A DNA stretch of 12,772 nt from NCBI GenBank assembly GCA_029856105.1, contig JAHQWH010000233.1:1-12772 (forward strand). The letters run 5' to 3'. Shown in pieces: positions 1-8,317 of this stretch (positions within the stretch are counted from its first letter, which is position 1; each line of letters opens with the position of its first letter). Below the pieces are notes generated by a model. That model saw only the letters and a program-made list of their open reading frames with translations, was not told the origin of the DNA and ran no database searches. Made by a program: the position numbers and the translations under genes. This stretch comes from Promethearchaeia archaeon (GTDB lineage Archaea; Asgardarchaeota; Lokiarchaeia; Sigyniarchaeales; SOKP01).

Positions 1-22
1 AATTTTTAAAAAGAAGTTTAAT

Positions 23-757
23 TTAAGTCTTAGGTTCTTCCTTTATTAGATTTAGGAATTGCTCTACTTCGTCCTTCGAGCATTCGTGATATTTTTTATC
101 TTCAGTCTTAATATAAATAAGTCTGATGTTCTCTTTGGTGGGGGTTTCGTCAATAGATTCTTTAAGCGTATTAAGCGCTAATTTTACGATCTCATCGAAA
201 GACATTTCTTCCTTATAATTCTCTTTTAAATAATCTCTTGCAGTTGATTCGCCACTTCCTAACGCGTAAGCCTTAAATGCACGATAAATTCCGCTTGGTG
301 ATGTAGTGTAAATTTGAGTGCCTTTTGCATCAACAGCCACGAAGAAAAGGGCACAACCGAACGGTCTTATGCCTCCAAACTGGGTGTATTGCTGTTTCAT
401 ATCTGCTATGGATTTTACAAGCATATTTAACCTTACAGGCTCATCATATGTTAAACGATAAGATTGTGCTTGAACTCGAGCGTAGTTAATTAAAGTCCTT
501 GAATCTGCGTGTAAACCTGCAATCGCAACGCCAATGTGCTCGTCAACTTGAAATAATTTGTCAATGGAATCAGCATCCATTAATTTTGAAGGAATTTTAA
601 TTTGAGCCGCTAGACAAACAGCGTCTTTTGATTTTACAGCTACAGCTAAAGTACCCCGCCTGATAGCCTCTAATGCGTACTCTACTTGGAATAATCTTCC
701 TTCGGGCGAAAATACTGTAAGAGCCCTATCATATTTTACCTGTCCTCCGCCAAACAT
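23..757 (-). CDS. psmA: 20S proteasome alpha subunit (somewhat divergent)
   Basis: N-terminal alpha signature YDRALTVFSPEGRLFQVEYA; SIDKLFQVDEHIGVAIAGLHADSRTL; YTQFGGIRPFG; SPSG; SD-like GGAGA upstream on the minus strand (773-777). Confidence 0.96.
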   Translation of the reverse strand: MFGGGQVKYDRALTVFSPEGRLFQVEYALEAIRRGTLAVAVKSKDAVCLAAQIKIPSKLMDADSIDKLFQVDEHIGVAIAGLHADSRTLINYARVQAQSYRLTYDEPVRLNMLVKSIADMKQQYTQFGGIRPFGCALFFVAVDAKGTQIYTTSPSGIYRAFKAYALGSGESTARDYLKENYKEEMSFDEIVKLALNTLKESIDETPTKENIRLIYIKTEDKKYHECSKDEVEQFLNLIKEEPKT

Positions 758-794
758 GGTTAAATCATCAATCTCCTTAACTTATTTTGAGAAC

Positions 795-810
795 TTTATA
801 AATTTATAAA
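795..810. promoter_or_regulatory. tandem palindromic TATA element TTTATAAATTTATAAA, probable psmA promoter
   Basis: Two adjacent TTTATAAA boxes forming a perfect 16-bp palindrome, 38-53 bp upstream of the psmA ATG. Confidence 0.5.
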
Positions 811-867
811 TTGTTATTAGTTAAAAATTAAATAAGCAATTTTAATTTATTGTTTATACATTAAAAA

Positions 868-1428
868 CTAAATTTTTCCCGAGGATTTAAGGATTTCTAG
901 AGTTAAAAGCTTAAACACATCTTCTACTGAATCACCCTCTTTAGCACTGGTTTCAAAATATTTAAATACGTGTAATTCACTCTTGAGGGCCTCCCCCTCT
1001 TGTTCTGCTACTTCTCTTTTCCCCTCGTTCGCTAAATCGAGTTTATTCCCTACTAAAAGACTTGCTTTTTGCCCAATTACTTTTTCAACTTCATCCCGCC
1101 ACTCTATTAAATCGGCAAATGATGAGCGTCTAGTTAAATCAAACACGTAAATTATACCCGTTGCACCCCGATAAAATGGCGGACGGACGAAGGAGAAATG
1201 TTTCTGTCCAGCAAGGTCCCATAGTTGAAGTTTTACTTGAAATTGCGGATGGTCAGCTAATTCTACTGTCTTTGTACTGAAATTTGATCCAATAGTCATT
1301 AAGTAATTGTCTCTAAACGCATTTTCGCAGTACCTAAGAACCATAGACGTCTTTCCGACTCCGCCATTACCAACAACGCAAATCTTGTAAATAAATGACT
1401 TCTGAAATTTAGAATAAGTAGCAGACAT
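868..1428 (-). CDS. Rab-like small GTPase (Ras superfamily, Asgard type, no prenylation motif)
   Basis: G1 GNGGVGKTS, G2 MTIGSNF, G3 WDLAGQ, G4 GNKLD, G5 ETSAK; RabF-like KLQLW, FYRGA, YVFDLT; C-terminus KSSGKI has no Cys. Confidence 0.93.
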   Translation of the reverse strand: MSATYSKFQKSFIYKICVVGNGGVGKTSMVLRYCENAFRDNYLMTIGSNFSTKTVELADHPQFQVKLQLWDLAGQKHFSFVRPPFYRGATGIIYVFDLTRRSSFADLIEWRDEVEKVIGQKASLLVGNKLDLANEGKREVAEQEGEALKSELHVFKYFETSAKEGDSVEDVFKLLTLEILKSSGKI

Positions 1429-1546
1429 GGAGATTCAATAATTAATATAGTTATAATAATATATTATATTCAATAAATAAAAATAATCATATTAAATATT
1501 TGGTCTATTTTTCAAAATTTCAAAATAAATTTGGAGAATTTCTTAA

Positions 1547-2326
1547 ATGAATGATTTGAATGGAAAAATTCAAAAATTTGCTCAACTTATCCTTGATGCT
1601 AACAACATCGTAGTATTAACTGGGGCCGGTATGAGCACAGAGAGCGGAATTGCCGACTTTAGAAGCCCAGGCACTGGTTTGTGGGAAAAAGTGAATCCTG
1701 ATGAGTTTGCGAGCATCCATTCGTATGTGTCTGATACTAAAAAGAATCTAGATTTTATGTTTGAGATGGGAGTGAACATATTTAAAGCAAGAGCTAACAA
1801 GGGTCATAAAATGTTAACTAAACTCCAAAAGCTTGGCAAATTAAATGGAATTCTTACTCAAAATATTGACGGACTTCACCAAAAGGCTCATAGTAAAAAT
1901 ATTGTGGAGTTACATGGGACAGCTCATGAAGCAATTTGTATGGGGTGTGATAAAATCTATCCCATTACAACGATGATAAATCAAGTTATGAAGGGTGAAG
2001 GTAGTCCATCATGCGAAGCATGTAATGGCCTGTTGAAACCAAACGCGATTTTTTTTGGAGAACAATTGCGTTCAGAAATATTGAGTCAAGCAGACGAAAT
2101 GATTAATAATTGCGATTTATTAATCGTTCTTGGAAGTTCTTTATTAGTATATCCCGTGGCATTTTATCCTAGAAAAGCACTTTCTTTGGGTGCTAAAATC
2201 GCAATTATTAACATTCAAGAAACGGATGTAGATTCATATGCGGAAGTTGTAATCCACGAAAAAATCGGAGATATATTCCCTCGTATTGTTAACATTGTAA
2301 AAAAAGAGATTGAAGAAAATCATTAA
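1547..2326 (+). CDS. cobB: NAD-dependent protein deacylase, Sir2/CobB family
   Basis: GAGMSTESGIADFR, TQNIDGLHQKA, catalytic ELHG, Zn ribbon CMGC...CEAC, LKPNAIFFGE, GSSLLVYP; SD GGAGA at 1533-1537. Confidence 0.95.
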   Translation: MNDLNGKIQKFAQLILDANNIVVLTGAGMSTESGIADFRSPGTGLWEKVNPDEFASIHSYVSDTKKNLDFMFEMGVNIFKARANKGHKMLTKLQKLGKLNGILTQNIDGLHQKAHSKNIVELHGTAHEAICMGCDKIYPITTMINQVMKGEGSPSCEACNGLLKPNAIFFGEQLRSEILSQADEMINNCDLLIVLGSSLLVYPVAFYPRKALSLGAKIAIINIQETDVDSYAEVVIHEKIGDIFPRIVNIVKKEIEENH

Positions 2327-2364
2327 TTACAGATAAGTATACTTTTATCTCCTCAATATTAATA

Positions 2365-2422
2365 TAAAAAAAGATTAAAAAATAAAAAAATTTGGTATTT
2401 AAGTTCTGGAGATCATCCAGAA
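2365..2422 (-). terminator. hairpin plus U-rich tracts downstream of ligase paralog 1, between convergent genes
   Basis: Inverted repeat TTCTGGA-gatca-TCCAGAA at 2404-2422, 2 bp after the stop codon, followed on the minus strand by T runs (A runs at about 2365-2390 on +). Confidence 0.5.
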
Positions 2423-2424
2423 AA

Positions 2425-4137
2425 TTATTTTCTCAGGCTTTTTTTATCAACTTTACCAACTGTAGTCAGTGGTAGTTCTTCAGTAAATTCGATTATTTTA
2501 GGGACTTCGTAAGGCGAACACATTTCCTTAGCAAATTTTGTTATATCCTCTCTCAATGCGTCTTCGTTTCCATCAAATTCATAACTCGGATCAATCTGGA
2601 TGAACGCTTTAACAATTTCAGATCCAGGACGATCGGGATTGGGTAAACCAATTGTAGCTACCATTCCAATAGCTGGATGTTTAGTCAAAGTGTCTTCCAA
2701 TTTAGCTGAAAATACTTTAAATCCTCCAACAATTATCATGTCTTTTGTACGATCGACTATTCGAATATAACCGTCCTCGTCCATAATTCCTACATCGCCA
2801 GTATGCATGTATCCATCTTTATCAATCGCTTTATTCGTTTCTTCGGGCTTGTTATAATATCCTTTCATTACCAAGGGTCCTTTTACACATATTTCTCCAG
2901 GTTCGTCTAGGGGGACTTCTTTATCAGTTTCAGGATCCACGATTTTGAGTTCTACATTTAAAAATGGTATACCAATAGTGCCTAATTTTTTTAACCCTAA
3001 CGAAGGATTCATTGTCGATACGGGAGAGGTCTCCGTCATACCGTAGAGTTCTAATAGTTTTCCTTTTCCAATAATACTTTCTAATTCTTCTTGAGATTCC
3101 TTTGGAAATGGAGCTGCAGCAGAAACACATGTTCCTAATTCTGAATGATCTATCTCTTTAAATTTTGGATTATTTATTAAAAGTTGATATAAAGAGGGTA
3201 CATTAACCAAGTTTGTTGGACGATATTTTTTCATGGCTTTAATCATATGGTTAGTATCACGAGGGTTAGGAATCAATATTTGGCTAAACCCCGAAGCTAC
3301 AGCTGCTTCAGTAACGGTTAATCCAGCAATATGAAACATTGGAAAGCCTGAACACAATACACCTTCTCCCCTTTTCCATTGAAGCCAAGATATAATGCAT
3401 TTTTGGTTTGAAACGCAATTTCTATGACTTAACATCGCTCCTTTTGGCGGTCCTGTAGTTCCACCAGTGTATTGAATCCATCCAATATCATCAGGAGTTA
3501 CTTTAGCATCAACAGGATCTGCAGAATAATTCGCTATAAGTTCCTTATGAAAATCAATAATTTTTATTCCTTCTAAAGGAGTTACCTTACCTTTTGGGAC
3601 TTTTCCTAACGCTTTACCTAGAACTTGCTTGATCTTTGGCAAAAAGCCGGCTACACTTGTAGTTAGTATTAATTTCAATTGTGGTATCTTTGAAGCAATT
3701 TTGACTATATGACCCGCAAATATCGCATCTAACGTCACTAAACCGACTTGCTTACCGCCTGTACCTAAATCGTTGAGTTGATATTGGATTTGAACCGCTG
3801 AAAGTAGCGGTGATACTCCAGATACAATACAACCTGCTCTCAATGTTCCCATTACGGTTATCATATATTCTGGTGTATTAGGTAGGCATATACCCACCAC
3901 ATCTCCTTTTTTAAATCCGTTTTCGATTAACATGTTTGCAAATTGATTCGCATAATTATCTAATTCTTTGAAAGTAACCTCTACTCCTAAAAATTCTAAC
4001 GCCATTTTATCAGCATATTCTACAAACGCGTCTTCACACATTTCAACGAACGTCATATTAAATTCTTTAGGATCAATATCTTCCAATCCAGAATCCCAGT
4101 TTTTCTTCCAAAATCTTGAACTATAAGGGCTTGACAT
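2425..4137 (-). CDS. long-chain fatty acid--CoA ligase / AMP-forming acyl-CoA synthetase (FadD-like), paralog 1
   Basis: QYTGGTTGPPKG, YGMTETSP, HTGDVG, DRTKDMIIVGGFKV, PLTTVGKVDK. ATG 4137 is preferred over TTG 4152 because MSSPY matches paralog 3 and the promoter spacing. Confidence 0.93.
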   Translation of the reverse strand: MSSPYSSRFWKKNWDSGLEDIDPKEFNMTFVEMCEDAFVEYADKMALEFLGVEVTFKELDNYANQFANMLIENGFKKGDVVGICLPNTPEYMITVMGTLRAGCIVSGVSPLLSAVQIQYQLNDLGTGGKQVGLVTLDAIFAGHIVKIASKIPQLKLILTTSVAGFLPKIKQVLGKALGKVPKGKVTPLEGIKIIDFHKELIANYSADPVDAKVTPDDIGWIQYTGGTTGPPKGAMLSHRNCVSNQKCIISWLQWKRGEGVLCSGFPMFHIAGLTVTEAAVASGFSQILIPNPRDTNHMIKAMKKYRPTNLVNVPSLYQLLINNPKFKEIDHSELGTCVSAAAPFPKESQEELESIIGKGKLLELYGMTETSPVSTMNPSLGLKKLGTIGIPFLNVELKIVDPETDKEVPLDEPGEICVKGPLVMKGYYNKPEETNKAIDKDGYMHTGDVGIMDEDGYIRIVDRTKDMIIVGGFKVFSAKLEDTLTKHPAIGMVATIGLPNPDRPGSEIVKAFIQIDPSYEFDGNEDALREDITKFAKEMCSPYEVPKIIEFTEELPLTTVGKVDKKSLRK

Positions 4138-4173
4138 TTTAATTTCACTCAAATAATTTCTTTTTTTCTTTAA

Positions 4174-4218
4174 AAAAATTGTTACTAAATAGTATTGATT
4201 CTTTTAAATATAAAGTTT
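4174..4218 (-). promoter_or_regulatory. BRE/TATA promoter, copy 1
   Basis: Minus strand AAACTTTATA (4209-4218), N9, ATCAA (4195-4199), then TAACAATTTTT (4174-4184); same layout upstream of all three ligases. Confidence 0.75.
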
Positions 4219-4264
4219 TAACTTTCTAAATCTTATTAAGATTCCTTTTAAAAGTGTATTATAG

Positions 4265-4287
4265 AAAAAAAAAAAATAAAAAAAATT
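4265..4287 (-). terminator. oligo-U terminator after ligase paralog 2
   Basis: Long A run on + (T run on the minus strand) directly after the stop codon, as in archaeal intrinsic terminators. Confidence 0.55.
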
Positions 4288-4288
4288 A

Positions 4289-5995
4289 TTACTTACGGAG
4301 AGATTTCTTATCGACCTTACCAACAACAGTCAGCGGTAGTTCTTTTACAATTTCAATTATTTTAGGAACTTCGTAAGGCGAACAGTTTTCTTTGGCAAAT
4401 GCTGTAATATCTTTCTTTAAAGCTTCCTCATTTCCATCGTAGTTATATTCAAGATCTAATTGTATAAACGCTTTAACGATTTCAGAACCTGGTCTTTCAG
4501 GGTTATCTACCCCTACAGTGGCAACCATTCCTATAGCAGGATGCTTCGTTAAGGAGTCTTCTAATTTGGCTGAAAAGACTTTGAATCCACCAACAATTAT
4601 CATATCTTTAGTTCTATCAACGATTTTCATATATCCATCTTCATCCATTACTCCTACATCTCCAGTATGCATAAAACCATCAGAGTCAATCGCTTTTTTT
4701 GTTTCCTCTGGTTTATTGTAATATCCTTTCATTACCATTGGTCCTTTTACGCAAATTTCTCCGGGTTCTCCTACAGGTACTTCCTTGCCCGTATTTGGAT
4801 CTACTAATTTTAATTCCAGATTGTTTAGAGGAAGACCTATACTTCCTAATTTTTTAACTCCTTTCGATGGATTACTTGCCGAGAGTGGAGATGTTTCAGT
4901 CATCCCATAAGCTTCTATTAATTTACCTTTCCCTACTATTGTTTCGAATTCTTTTTGAGATTCTTTTGGAAACGGTGCTGCTGCAGAAACGCAATACTTT
5001 AATTGCGAATGGTCCAACTCTTTAAACTTTGGATTTTTCATCAAAATCTGATATAAAGAAGGCACATTTGCTAAGACCGTTGGATTGTATTTAACCAATT
5101 CTTTTATAATGTGATCTGAATCACGTGGGTTTGGTATCAAAATCTGACTCCAACCCAGATAGACTACATTAAGGGTAGTAAAAGTTCCTGCGATATGGAA
5201 AAATGGAAACCCTGAAAGAGCTACACCTTCCCCTGGTTCCCAATTAAGCCATTTCTGATATATAACTATGTCAGAAACGATATTCTTATGGGTTAACATT
5301 GCTCCTTTTGGCGGTCCTGTAGTTCCACCCGTATATTGAATAAATGCAAAATCATCGGCGGTTATTTTTACGGTTGGTAATTCTTTTGAATAAGTGGGTA
5401 AGAGATCTTTATGGAAATCAATTATTGTTATTCCTTCTAAGGGAGTAACTTTTCCCTTAGGAATCTTACCAATTAATTTACCCAATACTTGTTTTATTTT
5501 CGGCAGGTAGCCTCCTACGCTAGTAGTTATTACTAATTTTAATTGTGGTAATTTTGAAACTATTTTAACTAATCTACCAGCAAAGATAGCATCTAAAGTT
5601 AATAACCCTACTTTATTTCCTCCTGTACCTAAATCATTCAATTGATATTGCATTTGAATATCTGAAAGAAGAGGTGAAACACCCGAAACAATACAGCCCG
5701 CCTTCAAAGTACCAATAACGCCTATTAAGTATTCAGGAGTATTTGGTAAATTTATACCGACTACATCACCTTTTTTAAAACCGTTTTCAATTAACATATT
5801 GGCGAATTGGCTTGAAGCCTCGTCTAAATCTCTATAGGTTAAAGTTATTCCTAAATAATCAAAAGCCATCTTTTCTGGAAATTCTTCCATAGTTCTTCGA
5901 ATGGCCTCGGGATAAGTTGTATTAAATTCATTAGGATCTAAATCTTTTACATAATCATCCCAGGATTTTTTCCAGAATTTATCTTTATACGACAT
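4289..5995 (-). CDS. long-chain fatty acid--CoA ligase (FadD-like), paralog 2
   Basis: Same AMP-binding motifs (QYTGGTTGPPKG, AYGMTETSP, PLTVVGKVDK). Start at ATG 5995 (MSYKDKFW) or ATG 6004; promoter spacing favours 5995. Confidence 0.93.
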   Translation of the reverse strand: MSYKDKFWKKSWDDYVKDLDPNEFNTTYPEAIRRTMEEFPEKMAFDYLGITLTYRDLDEASSQFANMLIENGFKKGDVVGINLPNTPEYLIGVIGTLKAGCIVSGVSPLLSDIQMQYQLNDLGTGGNKVGLLTLDAIFAGRLVKIVSKLPQLKLVITTSVGGYLPKIKQVLGKLIGKIPKGKVTPLEGITIIDFHKDLLPTYSKELPTVKITADDFAFIQYTGGTTGPPKGAMLTHKNIVSDIVIYQKWLNWEPGEGVALSGFPFFHIAGTFTTLNVVYLGWSQILIPNPRDSDHIIKELVKYNPTVLANVPSLYQILMKNPKFKELDHSQLKYCVSAAAPFPKESQKEFETIVGKGKLIEAYGMTETSPLSASNPSKGVKKLGSIGLPLNNLELKLVDPNTGKEVPVGEPGEICVKGPMVMKGYYNKPEETKKAIDSDGFMHTGDVGVMDEDGYMKIVDRTKDMIIVGGFKVFSAKLEDSLTKHPAIGMVATVGVDNPERPGSEIVKAFIQLDLEYNYDGNEEALKKDITAFAKENCSPYEVPKIIEIVKELPLTVVGKVDKKSLRK

Positions 5996-6034
5996 ATTTC
6001 TCATCTATTTCATATTATTTGTTTTTTATTTCGA

Positions 6035-6078
6035 AAAAATTGTTATAATTGTATTTGATGCATTATATTATAAAGTTT
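6035..6078 (-). promoter_or_regulatory. BRE/TATA promoter, copy 2
   Basis: AAACTTTATA (6069-6078), N9, ATCAA (6055-6059), TAACAATTTTT (6035-6045) on the minus strand. Confidence 0.75.
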
Positions 6079-6220
6079 AATTTTTTAGATATTTCATTTC
6101 GCAATTTTAGTAATTTCTAACAAATTCGTTCTCTTCTCTTCTTAGAACTCTTTTTAAATAAGTAGTTTATAAAATCGTAATTAATGACGAATAAAAATGA
6201 GAATAAGAAAAAAATGGATT

Positions 6221-7936
6221 TTATTGTTTCCTTAGAACTTTCTTATCGATTTTACCTATTACAGTTAGTGGTAATTCTTTAGCAAATTCGATTATTTTTG
6301 GGACTTCATATGGAGCACAATTCTCCTTAGCAAAAGCTGTAATATCCTCCTTTAATGCTTCCTCGTTTCCATCGTATTCAAAATCAGGATTTAATTGGAT
6401 GTGTGCCTTAACAATTTCCGAACCGGGACGATCAGGGTTAGGTAATCCAATTAAGGCGATCATTCCAATTGCAGGATGCTTGGCTAAAACATCTTCGATC
6501 TTTGCCGAAAATACTTTGAATCCACCGACAATGATCATATCTTTTGTACGATCGACAATTCGGACATAACCATCTTCGTCCATTATTCCTACATCGCCAC
6601 TGTGCATATACCCGTCTGAATCTATTGCATTTTTGGTTTCTTCAGGTTTATTGTAATAACCCTGCATTACTAATGGTCCTTTTACACAGATTTCCCCAGG
6701 TTCTCCTAATGGAACTTCCTTACCGGTTTCTGGATCGACAAGTTTTAATTCAACATTTAAGATAGGCATTCCCGCAGTACCCAATTTTTTCTCCCCCATA
6801 GAAGGGTTCATTGTTGCCACAGGTGATAATTCTGTCATTCCATAGAGCTCTAACAATTTTCCTTTACCCACTATGCTTTCTAATGCTTCTTGAGATTCTT
6901 TTGGAAATGGGGCTGCTGCAGAGATGCACGATACTACATTTGAGTGATCTAACCTTTTGAACTTTTTAAAATTAATCAGAATCTGGTATAGCGAAGGAAC
7001 ATTTACTAAAACGGTTGGTTTATATTTTTTCATCTCATTACAAATACCTAAAGCGTCTCTGGGGTTAGCTATAAGTATTTGCCCCCAACCAAATAATAAA
7101 GCTGATTCAGAAACTGTTAATCCCGCAATATGAAACATTGGAAATCCTGAACATAACATGCCTTTGCCCACTTCCCATTGAAGCCAAGATTTAATACTTA
7201 ACATAACTGAAGCACAGTTTCTATGACTCAACATCGCACCTTTAGGAGGGCCGGTTGTACCACCAGTATATTGAATCCAACCAATATCATCCGGAGATAT
7301 ATCAACTTTAGGTAGATCAGTAGAATATTTTGCCAAAACATCATCTTGGAAATGAAGGACGGTTTTTCCCTCTAATGGTGTGATTTCACCCGAGGGGATC
7401 TCCCTTACTGCTTTAATTTTTGCTTGATCCTCTTTAGAAAACGAACCAATTACGCTTGTTACTATTACTACTTTAAGTTGAGGTAATTTATCGGCAATTT
7501 TCTTTAACCTATGTTCAAAAATTGCATCAAGAGTGACTAATGCAACATTTTTCCCTCCTGTTCCAAGATCTTCTATTTGATAGTGCATTTGGACATCAGA
7601 CATTAGAGGGCTAACACCTGAAACAATGCATCCAGCTTTAAGCGTGCCTATAACTGAATATATATATTCTGGTGAATTCGGTAAATTTATCCCCACTGCA
7701 TCTCCCTTTTTATATCCATTTTCAATCAACATGTTAGCAAATTGATTAGAATACCGATCGACTTCACGATAAGTAATTTCTATACCTTGAAAAGCTAACG
7801 CCATATTATCAGGATAGTTTTCGAATATACTTCTTAGCATTTCAGGATAAGTAGTTTCAAATTCTTTTGGGTCAAGATCTGTTAGACCTGGATCCCAATT
7901 TTTTCGCCAAAATCTACTTTCGTACGGACTTGACAT
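6221..7936 (-). CDS. long-chain fatty acid--CoA ligase (FadD-like), paralog 3
   Basis: QYTGGTTGPPKG, LYGMTELSP, HSGDVG, PLTVIGKIDK. Confidence 0.93.
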   Translation of the reverse strand: MSSPYESRFWRKNWDPGLTDLDPKEFETTYPEMLRSIFENYPDNMALAFQGIEITYREVDRYSNQFANMLIENGYKKGDAVGINLPNSPEYIYSVIGTLKAGCIVSGVSPLMSDVQMHYQIEDLGTGGKNVALVTLDAIFEHRLKKIADKLPQLKVVIVTSVIGSFSKEDQAKIKAVREIPSGEITPLEGKTVLHFQDDVLAKYSTDLPKVDISPDDIGWIQYTGGTTGPPKGAMLSHRNCASVMLSIKSWLQWEVGKGMLCSGFPMFHIAGLTVSESALLFGWGQILIANPRDALGICNEMKKYKPTVLVNVPSLYQILINFKKFKRLDHSNVVSCISAAAPFPKESQEALESIVGKGKLLELYGMTELSPVATMNPSMGEKKLGTAGMPILNVELKLVDPETGKEVPLGEPGEICVKGPLVMQGYYNKPEETKNAIDSDGYMHSGDVGIMDEDGYVRIVDRTKDMIIVGGFKVFSAKIEDVLAKHPAIGMIALIGLPNPDRPGSEIVKAHIQLNPDFEYDGNEEALKEDITAFAKENCAPYEVPKIIEFAKELPLTVIGKIDKKVLRKQ

Positions 7937-7971
7937 TTTTCAAACTCACATTTTTCCATTTTTGATTAAAT

Positions 7972-8017
7972 AAAAATTAGTTAATATTAATTATTGATAG
8001 AATTAGTTATAAAGTTT
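7972..8017 (-). promoter_or_regulatory. BRE/TATA promoter, copy 3
   Basis: AAACTTTATA (8008-8017), N9, ATCAA (7994-7998), TAACTAATTTTT (7972-7983) on the minus strand. Confidence 0.72.
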
Positions 8018-8238
8018 TGATATAAGTGATCATTTTTCTATGATTTTTATTGGAAGAAGACGAGATCGACTACTTTGAAAATTTAGCCGCTTACTCTCTC
8101 TTTTTTGTCGGTATCTTAAAAGCGCGAGCATAATCTTCCTTTTTTATTTTTACTTTTACTATCCTCCCTCCGTCTCCATAAAACGCTCTTACTTTTAAAG
8201 AGAATTATGTTTCTTGCTGGAACAAAAATCTTATTGGA

Positions 8239-8271
8239 TTTATATACCTCATATACATATTTCAGAAAATT
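8239..8271 (+). promoter_or_regulatory. TATA box plus putative operator ATATTTCAGAAAATT upstream of the RadA-like gene
   Basis: TTTATATA at 8239-8246; 15-mer at 8257-8271 matches 10633-10647 at 12/15 positions and sits at almost the same distance from the ATG. Confidence 0.45.
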
Positions 8272-8317
8272 GTCGGAGTAACCCACTTTTATTTTGAGGG
8301 ATTCTTCGGTTTAAGTA

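Noticed and set aside
1511-1526. TTCAAAAT direct repeat upstream of the sirtuin
   Set aside because: Short AT-rich repeat, plausible by chance, with no independent support
1582-1800. 72-aa minus-strand ORF
   Set aside because: Antisense shadow fully inside the well-supported sirtuin gene; no motifs
2930-3130. 66-aa alternative-frame ORF
   Set aside because: Nested out of frame in ligase paralog 1; no recognisable features
4518-6765. Plus-strand ORFs 4518-4721 and 6544-6765
   Set aside because: Antisense to conserved regions of the ligase genes; shadow ORFs
2425-7936. Ligase triplication as an assembly artefact or repeat array
   Set aside because: The copies are clearly diverged at nucleotide and protein level with intact frames; no CRISPR-like repeat-spacer periodicity
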